Source: Bacteroidota bacterium
GTDB lineage: Bacteria; Bacteroidota; Bacteroidia; Flavobacteriales; Flavobacteriaceae
Assembly: GCA_039026955.1 (NCBI GenBank)
Contig: JBCCLH010000006.1
Coordinates: forward strand, 12,321-76,320
DNA length: 64,000 nucleotides
Direction of reading: 5' to 3'
The translations under genes and the position numbers were made by a program. The notes under the pieces are model-generated. The model did not search any database. It was given only the letters and a program-made list of their open reading frames with translations, and was not told the DNA's origin. Below, piece by piece: positions 19,888 to 29,223 of the stretch; within the stretch, counting starts at the first letter, position 1, and every line of letters starts with the position of its first letter.

Positions 19888-20394
19888 ATGGGTTCTGTTA
19901 TATTTTGGAATAGCGTCCGATTTGTCATCGCAGTCTTAGCGCAGGTTTTGGTATGCAATCATATCGAATTCATGGGCTATATCAATCCGTTGGTGTACAT
20001 CTATTTCATCTTCTTGTTTCCACTCAATGCGAACCGAAGTACCTTTTTAGTCATTGCCTTTTTATTAGGATTGACGGTTGATACCTTTTCAGATACAGGA
20101 GGCGCACACGCCGCTGCTTGCGTCATCATCGCCTACATCCGACCATTTGTATTGCGCTTTGCTTTTGGCGTGAGTTATGAGCATCAATCGGTAAAGCTTG
20201 AAAACACAGCCTTTGGACAACGTTTGGTATATGTGTTGATTCTGACGGTGATTCATCATTTTTTCTTTTTTCTGTTAGAAATATTTAACATTTCTTCCAT
20301 CCTAATCATTCTAAGAAATACCGCATTCTTTAGTATATTTACTATTCTAATCATCACACTATCAATAACTTTATTTAGTCGTAAAAATTCATGA
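19888..20394 (+). CDS. mreD: Rod shape-determining protein MreD
   Basis: Polytopic membrane protein, AFLLGLTVDTF; between mreC and mrdA. Confidence 0.85.
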   Translation: MGSVIFWNSVRFVIAVLAQVLVCNHIEFMGYINPLVYIYFIFLFPLNANRSTFLVIAFLLGLTVDTFSDTGGAHAAACVIIAYIRPFVLRFAFGVSYEHQSVKLENTAFGQRLVYVLILTVIHHFFFFLLEIFNISSILIILRNTAFFSIFTILIITLSITLFSRKNS

Positions 20395-22274
20395 GGAAAC
20401 TGTTGTTATACCTTGTCGTGGTCTCTGTAGGTGCAATTTACACAGGACGTCTCTCCTACCTTCAATTATTCAATGAAGTGGAAGTGGCGACCAATTTCCT
20501 GAATGATAGTGCTATCAAAACAGAATATACCTATCCGCAACGTGGTTATGTGTATGACAGAAACGGAACTTTGCTCGTGGCAAACCAACCGTCGTACGAT
20601 GTGATGATTATTCCACGCGAAATGAAAGCACTAGATACGCTGGAATTCTGTAAATTTTTACGCATTACAAAAGAAGATTTCCTAAAGCGTTTTGAAAAAG
20701 CAAAAAACTTCTCTTGGCGCGTTCCGTCGGTATTTGTGGCGCAAATGGCAAAGAAAGATTATGCTTATCTGCAAGAGAAAATGCATCACTACAAAGGATT
20801 TTATATTCAAAAGCGATCTATTCGCAACTACCAAACCGATCACGGCGCTAATGTGTTGGGCTTTATCAGTGAAGTAAACAATTCCGATTTAGAAAAGAAT
20901 CCCTATTACCAATCAGGCGAATTGATTGGTCGTACAGGAATTGAAAAGACCTATGAAAAGGAATTGCGTGGTGTAAAAGGTGTGAAACGCATTCAAAAGG
21001 ACATTCACAACAAAATATTAGGCTCGTATAAAAATGGCGCTTTGGACACACTTCCCGTCAACGGAAAAGACATTCAAATTACGATTGATGCCAAATTGCA
21101 AGCTTACGGTGAAAAACTCATGGTGAACAAACGCGGCGGTATCGTTGCCATTGAACCTTCTTCAGGAGAAATCCTTGCACTAATTTCGGCACCAAGTTAC
21201 AATCCCGATTTGTTAGTCGGACGCCAACGTTCAAAGAATTATAGCGCATTGCATTACGATTCTATCAGCAAACCATTATACGACAGAGGTTTACTTGCAC
21301 AATATGCACCAGGTTCACCATTTAAAACGCTGAATGCACTCGTAGCACTGCAAGAAGGCATCATCACCCCAAAAACGACCTATACCTGTCGCAATGGATA
21401 TTATTATGGAAGAAGTGGTAGTAAAATGGGTTGTCACTGTGGAAGCGGAAAGCGAAACGTTATCAACGGAGTTGCCAAATCTTGCAATGCGTATTTTGCC
21501 AATGCCTATCGTCAAACCATTAGCAAATACGATTCGCCACGAGAAGGCATGAATGTATGGAGCGATCATATCAAAAGTTTTGGCTTGGGCGAATATTTCG
21601 GAAATGACTTATCTACAGGACGAAAAGGAAGAATTCCGTCGGGTGATTATTATACGGATACCTACTTCAAACGTGACAACTGGCATGTGTTGAATACGAT
21701 TTCCAATGCTATTGGACAAGGACAAGTAGAATTGACGCCGATTCAATTGGCAAATATGACAGCTGCCATTGCGAATCGTGGATATTATTACACACCACAC
21801 ATCATCAAGAAAATTGACGGAAAACCATTAGAAAATCCACACTTTACAGAACCGAAACACACTACGATTGACAAGCAGCATTTTGAACCTGTGATTCAGG
21901 GAATGCATGATGTATTCAGCATGAAAAAAGGCGGAACTGCCAAATGGTTAAATGTTCCTGGAATAGAAATCTGTGGAAAAACGGGAACTGCGGAAAACTT
22001 TACCAAGATTGAAGGCGAACGCACACAGCTCACCGATCATTCTATTTTTGTGGCTTTTGCACCAAAAGACGATCCAAAGATTGCCATTGCGGTGTTTGTG
22101 GAAAATGGATACTACGGCGCGCGTTGGGCAGGAAAGATTTCCAGCTTGATGATAGAGCAATATTTAAAAGGCGAAATTAGCTTGAAGAATATGGAAAAAC
22201 TGGTGCTAGAGAAGAGTTTGGAGGAAGAATATGCAAAGCCACTAAGTGGAAAACCATTTACGATTAATGAGTAG
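20391..22274 (+). CDS. mrdA: Penicillin-binding protein 2
   Basis: PQRG..YDRNG, SxxK (GSPFK), SCN, KTGTA. Confidence 0.95.
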   Translation: MRKLLLYLVVVSVGAIYTGRLSYLQLFNEVEVATNFLNDSAIKTEYTYPQRGYVYDRNGTLLVANQPSYDVMIIPREMKALDTLEFCKFLRITKEDFLKRFEKAKNFSWRVPSVFVAQMAKKDYAYLQEKMHHYKGFYIQKRSIRNYQTDHGANVLGFISEVNNSDLEKNPYYQSGELIGRTGIEKTYEKELRGVKGVKRIQKDIHNKILGSYKNGALDTLPVNGKDIQITIDAKLQAYGEKLMVNKRGGIVAIEPSSGEILALISAPSYNPDLLVGRQRSKNYSALHYDSISKPLYDRGLLAQYAPGSPFKTLNALVALQEGIITPKTTYTCRNGYYYGRSGSKMGCHCGSGKRNVINGVAKSCNAYFANAYRQTISKYDSPREGMNVWSDHIKSFGLGEYFGNDLSTGRKGRIPSGDYYTDTYFKRDNWHVLNTISNAIGQGQVELTPIQLANMTAAIANRGYYYTPHIIKKIDGKPLENPHFTEPKHTTIDKQHFEPVIQGMHDVFSMKKGGTAKWLNVPGIEICGKTGTAENFTKIEGERTQLTDHSIFVAFAPKDDPKIAIAVFVENGYYGARWAGKISSLMIEQYLKGEISLKNMEKLVLEKSLEEEYAKPLSGKPFTINE

Positions 22275-23559
22275 AGAAGTAAAATTTGTCAAAAAAATAG
22301 ATTGGCTTTCCATATTGCTGTATTTTTTGTTGGTAGGCATTGGCTGGATTAACATCTATTCCGCTTCCGTCACTGAAACGGCGAACGGTTTTCTGGACAT
22401 GAATGAATTGTATGGAAAGCAATTGTTTTTTATTGGAACAAGTATCATCATTATTGTGCTCATTCTTTCGATAGAAGCTAAGTTTTACGAACGGTTTTCC
22501 AGTATTATTTATATCGTCGCACTGGTGAGTTTACTCGCGTTGATGGTGCTTGGGAAAGAAATCAACGGTGCCAAATCTTGGTATGCTATTGGGAGTTTTA
22601 CCTTGCAACCTTCGGAGTTTGCCAAAGTCGCCACTGTACTTGCCTTAGCAAAGTTTCTGAGTGATATTCAGACGAACATCAATCTTTTTAAGCATCAATT
22701 ATTTGCATTTGCGATCATTTTATTGCCGCCTATGCTCATTATGTTACAACCCGATGCGGGAAGTGCCATGGTGTATATGGCGTTCTTTTTTGTATTGTAT
22801 CGTGAAGGTTTGCCTGCTATTTATCTGTGGATTGGTTTTGGATTGATCTTCTTATTCATCATCACCTTGAAACTTGGGTATATTTACACCATCATCGGAA
22901 CGGCAGTAATAGGAATCGCTTGTATCTTTTTCTTCTTTAAAAAGAAATTAAAACGAGAGCGAAAAACTACTTTAGCCTTAACTTCTTTAGTCGCTGCGAT
23001 CGGATTTATTTTAGCCGTAAACTACATCTTTTACAATGTATTTAAACAACATCATCGCGATCGTTTTACCTTGGTTTTGGGCTTGGAGAACGATCCTGTA
23101 AAGTTGGAAAAAATGCGAAAAACCTTTGGTTTCAACACCAATCAATCTGAAATTGCAGTAAGTTCTGGTGGAATGTGGGGAAAAGGTTGGCAAAAAGGAA
23201 CGCGTACTAAGGGAGATTTTGTCCCTGCGCAAGACACCGATTATATTTTTACTACCGTGGGTGAAGAATGGGGATTTGTAGGAAGCACCGTGGTTATTAT
23301 TCTATTTATGATCTTACTCATACGAATTTTAAACCGAGCCGAGCAGCAGAAAAACAAGTTCAGTCGCGTGTATGGCTATAGTGTCGCCGCGATTCTTTTC
23401 TTTCACTTTGCTATTAACATAGGAATGGTTATTGGTTTATTTCCTACTGTGGGAATTCCACTGCCTTTCTTTAGTTATGGAGGTTCGGGACTTTGGGGCT
23501 TTACTATTTTACTCTTTATTTTTATTAAGCTGGATGCGAATCGGATTAATGAGTGGTAG
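22267..23559 (+). CDS. rodA: SEDS peptidoglycan polymerase RodA
   Basis: GAKSW, QPSEFAK, LQPDAGS, QDTDYIF, GIPLPFFSYGGS; ATG at 22267 overlaps the mrdA stop. Confidence 0.95.
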   Translation: MSREVKFVKKIDWLSILLYFLLVGIGWINIYSASVTETANGFLDMNELYGKQLFFIGTSIIIIVLILSIEAKFYERFSSIIYIVALVSLLALMVLGKEINGAKSWYAIGSFTLQPSEFAKVATVLALAKFLSDIQTNINLFKHQLFAFAIILLPPMLIMLQPDAGSAMVYMAFFFVLYREGLPAIYLWIGFGLIFLFIITLKLGYIYTIIGTAVIGIACIFFFFKKKLKRERKTTLALTSLVAAIGFILAVNYIFYNVFKQHHRDRFTLVLGLENDPVKLEKMRKTFGFNTNQSEIAVSSGGMWGKGWQKGTRTKGDFVPAQDTDYIFTTVGEEWGFVGSTVVIILFMILLIRILNRAEQQKNKFSRVYGYSVAAILFFHFAINIGMVIGLFPTVGIPLPFFSYGGSGLWGFTILLFIFIKLDANRINEW

Positions 23560-23569
23560 TTTTTAATTT

Positions 23570-24127
23570 CTACTGAATTTTATACAACACAACTCGTTGC
23601 ACATTCGCAAAAGAATAATTGACAACACCTTTTTCTTCGGCGATTTCTTTTCCTGAGGTGACTTCAAAAATAAGTGCATTCTCTAATAATTCCGTAGTAG
23701 AAGTTAAGTAAATATCATTTACTTTGAAGAGACTGTACAGTTTATTGCTTACGTTGTATTCTACCAATTTCACGCCGTCACCTTCATCTAACAGATAACG
23801 TCCTTTTTTTAAGTCGTCCACCACAAGTTCATAATCTTTGACTACAGGTGTTGTTGGGGAAAGATATTCCGTTTTCCAAGTATATCGACCACTTGTGTCC
23901 GTTTTTGCTGCTGTGAATCGTACTTTGACACTATCACGCAACGTATTGTATTGATAGATATGCATCATTCCTTCCCAAACACCGAGACATTTTTCAGGAA
24001 AAATTAGCGCATCTACCGATTCAACTTTCGTAGTCAGTATGGTTGAATTTATACTAGCAGTCTCAACCTGCTGTGCCATACAAGGAAATACACATACAGA
24101 TAAAAGGAAAACAAAAAAATTCTTCAT
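23570..24127 (-). CDS. Secreted hypothetical protein, probably beta-rich
   Basis: Signal peptide ending CMA|Q; 185 aa. Confidence 0.7.
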   Translation of the reverse strand: MKNFFVFLLSVCVFPCMAQQVETASINSTILTTKVESVDALIFPEKCLGVWEGMMHIYQYNTLRDSVKVRFTAAKTDTSGRYTWKTEYLSPTTPVVKDYELVVDDLKKGRYLLDEGDGVKLVEYNVSNKLYSLFKVNDIYLTSTTELLENALIFEVTSGKEIAEEKGVVNYSFANVQRVVLYKIQ

Positions 24128-24304
24128 CGTAGATTGTCTTTAATGATTAGCAGTTTAAATATATAAATAATTGTTGTGCCAATAACCGATTCCTTTTTAG
24201 TGTGCGCATCATTTTGAGGTCAGAAATGTTAAGTAAGGAATTACCGTACACACTTCTGAACACATTTTTGTAATTTCTAGATCATAACCAAAAAAATTAC
24301 TACC

Positions 24305-24493
24305 ATGTTACAACAAATTTCAACAGTAGGAACCCTATTAAACAAAAAGCAACAAAGTCAAATTAAAGGAAGAGACGGAATGGTTCCTGGAATGGTTCCC
24401 ATAAATCCAACACAATGTAGATATTGTAGCGGAGAGTGGCTAGAAGATTTCGGATTGTGTGCTTTGCCTATTGGCTATCCGTGCGGACTTTAG
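24305..24493 (+). CDS. Putative RiPP/bacteriocin-like precursor: leader ending KKQQSQIKGR plus a 4-Cys core
   Basis: A-rich initiation region, own terminator, resembles the L-x-K-x-x-Q-x-x-I-x-GG leader; core CRYC-x10-C-x7-C. Confidence 0.65.
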   Translation: MLQQISTVGTLLNKKQQSQIKGRDGMVPGMVPINPTQCRYCSGEWLEDFGLCALPIGYPCGL

Positions 24494-24520
24494 TAATACA
24501 ATACACGCAAATTACGATGA

Positions 24521-24547
24521 AGAAGCGGACAAAAGTTCGCTTTTTTT
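24521..24547 (+). terminator. Intrinsic terminator after the peptide gene
   Basis: aagcggac-aaaa-gttcgctt stem (one G-U pair) followed by a T tract. Confidence 0.75.
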
Positions 24548-24689
24548 ATAGGATATTCGTCATTTTATAAAATGAACAGCTTGATTTCTTAAAAAGAACT
24601 ATTCATAGTATGTAGCTCAAAAATACTTTCTATCTTTAGTCAGTCTTAAGTAATTTTTTAATTTCCCCTACCAAAATTAAAACAACTGA

Positions 24690-26240
24690 ATGGAACATAT
24701 TATACTTTCCCTGTTAACGAACAACAGCTATTTAGATATCAACCGTGAATTATTGAACTTGCAATTTTTGTCACATCCAGAATATCCAAGTTTAAAATCC
24801 ATTACCGATACACTCGATTATTTTGAGATTGAAAATTTAGCCGCTACCGTACCCAAAGAAGCATTGGATCAGATGCCGAATTCGTTTTTAGCGTTGGTCA
24901 AAGGTGAACGCGGTGATGAAGTCGTTTTGGTAGAAAAGAAACGCAATGCCATTCAACTATTGAATACAGAAGAAAAGAAAGAAAAAATTTCGGAAGCTGA
25001 TTTTTCGGAACGTTGGACAGGAACGATTGTCGCGGTGGAAGAACAAGAAAAGAAGAGTGGCATTCAATCCATTCAACAAGCACTTCCCTATTTTATTGTG
25101 GCTGCAGTGGCGTCTGCAAATGTCATTCTAAATTTTAATATTACCTATTTATTATATACCGCACTTACTTTAGTCGGACTGTACATTAGTATTTTAATCA
25201 TTCGAGAAGATTTAGGGATTAAAAGTAAAACGGTTGCAAAAGTTTGTGGTGCCATTTCTAAAAATAGTACTTGTGGCGAAGTCATCAATACCAAAGGCAA
25301 TAAAATATTTGGAATCATTTCTTTAAGTGATGCTTCATTTGTGTTTTTTGCGGGTTTATTTTTGATTTTATCCTCTATCGGATTTCATCATGCAACCTTA
25401 CTTGTCATGTCTTTAGCGGGACTTCCTATCGTCATATATGCCTTATACCGACAAGGTGTTGTGCTTAAAAAATGGTGTGCATTGTGTTTGTTAATTGCTG
25501 GAATCTTAATTTTACAAACCGCATTATTACTCGCAACTTTTAACTATTTCTGGTTCTTTTATACAGCGTATGTTGTAAAACTGGTGAGCATTTTTGCATT
25601 ACTCTACATTGCTTGGATGTATTGTAAATCGTATTGGGAAAGTCATGAGAAACTAGCCACTACAGAGACCAACTTCTTAAAATTCAAGCGAAATCCTGAG
25701 TTGTTTAAAACTTTATTACAAGAGAAAAGCGTGCTCAATCCAAATGTGATTGAGCAACCATTGCGTGTTGTCTATGGAAATCCTAAGGGTGCGATCAAGT
25801 TACAAGGTGTTACCAATCCGTTGTGTGGCTATTGTACAGGCGCTTTTGAAGCCTATGATAAGTTGATGAGTACGTATGGAAATGACATTCAGTTAGAGTT
25901 TATTTTCAACGTTCCTCCAGATACAAAAAACAAGAGTACGCAAATTGCTTCTCAACTCATTGATTTGTATCTAAAAGATCCAAAACAATCATACGCCGCT
26001 TTACAAGAATGGTTTGCAAATAGAGATGTAGACGCATGGCAAGCAAAGTTTGGGTTGTCTGAAAGTGCCATGGTACAAGAAATCTTGGCAGCGCACAAAG
26101 AATGGTGTGGCATCAACAGTGTAAATTATACACCTGCCAGTATTTTGAACGATCAGTTCTTCCCACAATCCTATGAGATTAAGGATTTACCATTGTTTAT
26201 TCAGGATATGATTTTGGAGTTGCAGGGAGAAGAGACTTAA
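24690..26240 (+). CDS. C39-like / VKOR / thioredoxin (DsbA-like) fusion membrane protein
   Basis: N-terminal SHPEYPSLKSI...RWTG C39-like domain with no Cys; VKOR loop C-x8-C and WCALC; Trx-fold CGYC and YTP cis-Pro. Confidence 0.85.
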   Translation: MEHIILSLLTNNSYLDINRELLNLQFLSHPEYPSLKSITDTLDYFEIENLAATVPKEALDQMPNSFLALVKGERGDEVVLVEKKRNAIQLLNTEEKKEKISEADFSERWTGTIVAVEEQEKKSGIQSIQQALPYFIVAAVASANVILNFNITYLLYTALTLVGLYISILIIREDLGIKSKTVAKVCGAISKNSTCGEVINTKGNKIFGIISLSDASFVFFAGLFLILSSIGFHHATLLVMSLAGLPIVIYALYRQGVVLKKWCALCLLIAGILILQTALLLATFNYFWFFYTAYVVKLVSIFALLYIAWMYCKSYWESHEKLATTETNFLKFKRNPELFKTLLQEKSVLNPNVIEQPLRVVYGNPKGAIKLQGVTNPLCGYCTGAFEAYDKLMSTYGNDIQLEFIFNVPPDTKNKSTQIASQLIDLYLKDPKQSYAALQEWFANRDVDAWQAKFGLSESAMVQEILAAHKEWCGINSVNYTPASILNDQFFPQSYEIKDLPLFIQDMILELQGEET

Positions 26241-26413
26241 AACTTTAGACCTCTGTTGCAAAAAGCAGTAAGTAGCAACGACTCTTTCTAATCACTTTTC
26301 TTTCCAACTATTCATAGTTCTTGTGGGTTTTGAGTTTGATCTATAATTACAGTGTTAAAGAGACAAAATACAACTATTCGTAACTGAATAGATAACAATA
26401 GCTTATAACACAT

Positions 26414-27391
26414 ATGAAAAAAACCAAATTTATATATGAGAATGATTCGCTAATTCTAAAATTATTTGAAGAGACTTTTCATAAAAGTGTTTTAGATAAT
26501 CTTGAAGAGTATTATTTTCCGAAATTTTCACATCATAAAAAATGGAATTGTTACAGTGATTATTCCTTTGATTCAAAAAAAGCAAACGATGTAATAACAT
26601 TTACTTTTTTGCCTTATTTAGCTGATCCTTTAGTTATTTCTGAGATTATTAGCAAGCTTGCACCTTCAGAAATAAAAAAGACTAGAAGCGTAAATCCTAA
26701 GTTTTTAGAGTTTATAAAAAACTCACCATTTGTCACATTTTCAATCATTATTGAAGACCATAAAAATTATTATTTTGAAAATAGAGATAAATTGAAAGAG
26801 GCAATGCTATTATCTCTTAATAGCTTACTCAATGAAAGTTTTCCCAAATGGACTAAAAGTAGACCACATCTCAAAGATTATCATCGAAGGTTAACTAAAA
26901 AAACAAAAGCTGTTATTAGGTTGATAGAAAGAGATAAGAAGATTCGAATTATTAAAAACCTTTTTTTAATAACTTCATTTGGAAGTTATATCGCAACACA
27001 ATTTGCAAACAAAACAAAAGCTGAAATTTTTGGATGGTTCTCTGATAGAGATGAAATTAATGATGTCGAAAAAAATTATTCTCTTGACTTATTTAATATA
27101 CAGTTTAGTGAACACCTAATAAACGAAAATTGCAAATTTGTTGCCTCTCCTGCAAGTAGTTCTGATAACGAATGGTATGGAGAATTTATTAAAATACCAG
27201 ACTTAATAACTGGCGCTATTGCAGATTATGATTTTATGAATGATAAAGTTAGTCATGATAAATTTATTCCTATAATCCGTGATTTAATATCAGATAATAA
27301 AAGAAATATTTTTGTTTTTAGATTATTTTTAGACAACAATGGTCAAATAAATCTTGGAAGATTAACAACTCATAAAAAGGTGAATGATTAG
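26414..27391 (+). CDS. Low-GC orphan soluble protein, possibly RNase H-fold/DUF3800-like
   Basis: 325-aa ORF; hand-counted 60-nt lines give ~23-27% GC; acidic motifs CYSDY, WFSDRD, KIPDLITG. Confidence 0.55.
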   Translation: MKKTKFIYENDSLILKLFEETFHKSVLDNLEEYYFPKFSHHKKWNCYSDYSFDSKKANDVITFTFLPYLADPLVISEIISKLAPSEIKKTRSVNPKFLEFIKNSPFVTFSIIIEDHKNYYFENRDKLKEAMLLSLNSLLNESFPKWTKSRPHLKDYHRRLTKKTKAVIRLIERDKKIRIIKNLFLITSFGSYIATQFANKTKAEIFGWFSDRDEINDVEKNYSLDLFNIQFSEHLINENCKFVASPASSSDNEWYGEFIKIPDLITGAIADYDFMNDKVSHDKFIPIIRDLISDNKRNIFVFRLFLDNNGQINLGRLTTHKKVND

Positions 27392-27477
27392 TCTTCGGTT
27401 ACATAAGTTGTAACTACAATTACAAAGGATTTGACTAAATTCAAAGAGATAAGAACGATTTACATGCATTTGCTGCT

Positions 27478-28098
27478 TCACTCAAAAACCATCTCAAACA
27501 CCAAATAATGTTTAATCCCAAATTCCTTTCCCCAGTTTTCGATGTTTTTTCCGCTGCTTTCTACCGCGCACCAATATTTGGAGCCGTCTTTTTCATATGG
27601 TAAAATATAGGCAAGTAGATAGAACTTTTTACCATAAATGATCTTTGTTCCTGCATTGCTGGCTATGTTTCGCAAACTGTAATCATCCGATTTAATAGCA
27701 TCAAATTGTTTCTCTGTAGAAAATCGTGGAAAACAGAAGTTCATTTTTAGTTTGTTATCAGGTGTAAGCTTTGAAATGATCTTTAGATTGAAAACAGTAT
27801 CATTGATCTTTTTCAGTTCATCGTACGGCATCACATTGCTATCAATAATGGTACTTTCTGTTTTAATCTTCCCATCCCAGATTTCTTTTACCGTGAGTTT
27901 ATAGGTTTTGTCTGCTAATTCCTTTCCAGCGAATTTTAGTTTCTTGAATTCAATTCCTTCAAAATTGAGAATATCTCTGATTTCAGAGTTTTTAATAGTA
28001 TCATCGGAAGTAAGCTTTACGGAGTTATTTTGTGTGTTTTGTGCGAAAGAAACGGAAGACAACAACGCACACACAAGCGCAATACAAAGAGATTTCAT
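27478..28098 (-). CDS. Secreted hypothetical protein
   Basis: Signal peptide ending SFA|Q; 206 aa. Confidence 0.7.
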   Translation of the reverse strand: MKSLCIALVCALLSSVSFAQNTQNNSVKLTSDDTIKNSEIRDILNFEGIEFKKLKFAGKELADKTYKLTVKEIWDGKIKTESTIIDSNVMPYDELKKINDTVFNLKIISKLTPDNKLKMNFCFPRFSTEKQFDAIKSDDYSLRNIASNAGTKIIYGKKFYLLAYILPYEKDGSKYWCAVESSGKNIENWGKEFGIKHYLVFEMVFE

Positions 28099-28263
28099 AG
28101 GATAGTTTTTTAGTGATGATGAACTTTCACTTCAAACTTAGCATATTTTTTCTAGCAATATTCTAAAAATGAGTTAATTGTTTTTATGAGTTCGTAAAGC
28201 TATTTTTTTAGCGAGTAAAGACCAAGTAAATACACTGTCTTGATAAGGTTGAAACTTCAAACG

Positions 28264-28309
28264 AATCTCTTGAGCTTCGCTCGGTGCTTTCGCAATGCTC
28301 GATTTGACA
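28264..28309. repeat. REP-like family B copy
   Basis: aatctcttgagcttcgctcggtgctttcgcaatgctcgatttgaca is close to 42845..42891 and to the reverse complement of 36190..36236. Confidence 0.8.
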
Positions 28310-28372
28310 GTTAGTATAACAAATGAATGATCTATACTATAAGAAAGGTATATAAAACTTACTTACTTTACA

Positions 28373-28648
28373 CTATTCTTTTAAGCTGTTCCACCACGCT
28401 ATCACTTCAGTGACCATGTTCGCAACGGCATCATCTGCTACACTGAAACCATAGTTATGGTTCAATTCGAACTTTAATGCTTTCGCTATTTTAAATGCAT
28501 CCGATCCTTTATATAACTGACTTAACAATAAATGATCTATGGCATCAAACTCATCTTCTGGAGCATCAGGAATAAGTTCCCATGCATTGATTACCGCTCG
28601 TAATTCAACGAACTTTCGTTTGTATGCTTTACTGAGTTTTGTCATCAT
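28373..28648 (-). CDS. Small acidic helical protein (W..IP..P.DEFD motif)
   Basis: ATG at 28648 overlaps the ycxB-like stop (TAATG), consistent with translational coupling. Confidence 0.6.
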   Translation of the reverse strand: MMTKLSKAYKRKFVELRAVINAWELIPDAPEDEFDAIDHLLLSQLYKGSDAFKIAKALKFELNHNYGFSVADDAVANMVTEVIAWWNSLKE

Positions 28649-29178
28649 TACCATTTCCAATTTGTCTTATCGTAAACAGGAATTCCAAGCGATTTGAATT
28701 TTTCACGCAGCGCTTCTATAGTCGTCAATTCTTTTTTAGGAATCCCTAATGTTTCGCCAGAAGATACACGTACAAAAAAATGCTGCGCTGTTTCGTCAAC
28801 TTTTGTAATAGCATTAATTTTCATACTTCCTTCTGCGATACTATTTTTAAAAAGGATAGCTTCCGACTGTATTTCCAGTGTTTCTTCTCTCCCAAAACGA
28901 TTTGCATAACTTTCATCGACATGCTTTGTGTAATGCCTTTTGTATCTATTGTTGAAATAGGTCGGATAAAATAATGCTGTGACCAACGCTACAATACCGT
29001 ACGTAATTGTTAGAAAGTTATCATCACGTCTATAGAAAATAAACGCTGCTGTCGCAAAGCCAATTGATATAAGAATCCACGCATACAATTTTCTTTTTTG
29101 GATTCTTTTAGAGTTTGAAGCATTAAACAATAATACGGCTAAGAAGTCTTCTTTTTGCACTCTGTACGTGATGGTCAT
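28648..29178 (-). CDS. YcxB-like membrane protein
   Basis: Two N-terminal TM helices plus a soluble domain with ET..HFF and IPK. Confidence 0.65.
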   Translation of the reverse strand: MTITYRVQKEDFLAVLLFNASNSKRIQKRKLYAWILISIGFATAAFIFYRRDDNFLTITYGIVALVTALFYPTYFNNRYKRHYTKHVDESYANRFGREETLEIQSEAILFKNSIAEGSMKINAITKVDETAQHFFVRVSSGETLGIPKKELTTIEALREKFKSLGIPVYDKTNWKW

Positions 29179-29223
29179 GGTTCGGATTGGTTTTAGTTGC
29201 GATACATATTGTAAATATAGTTG

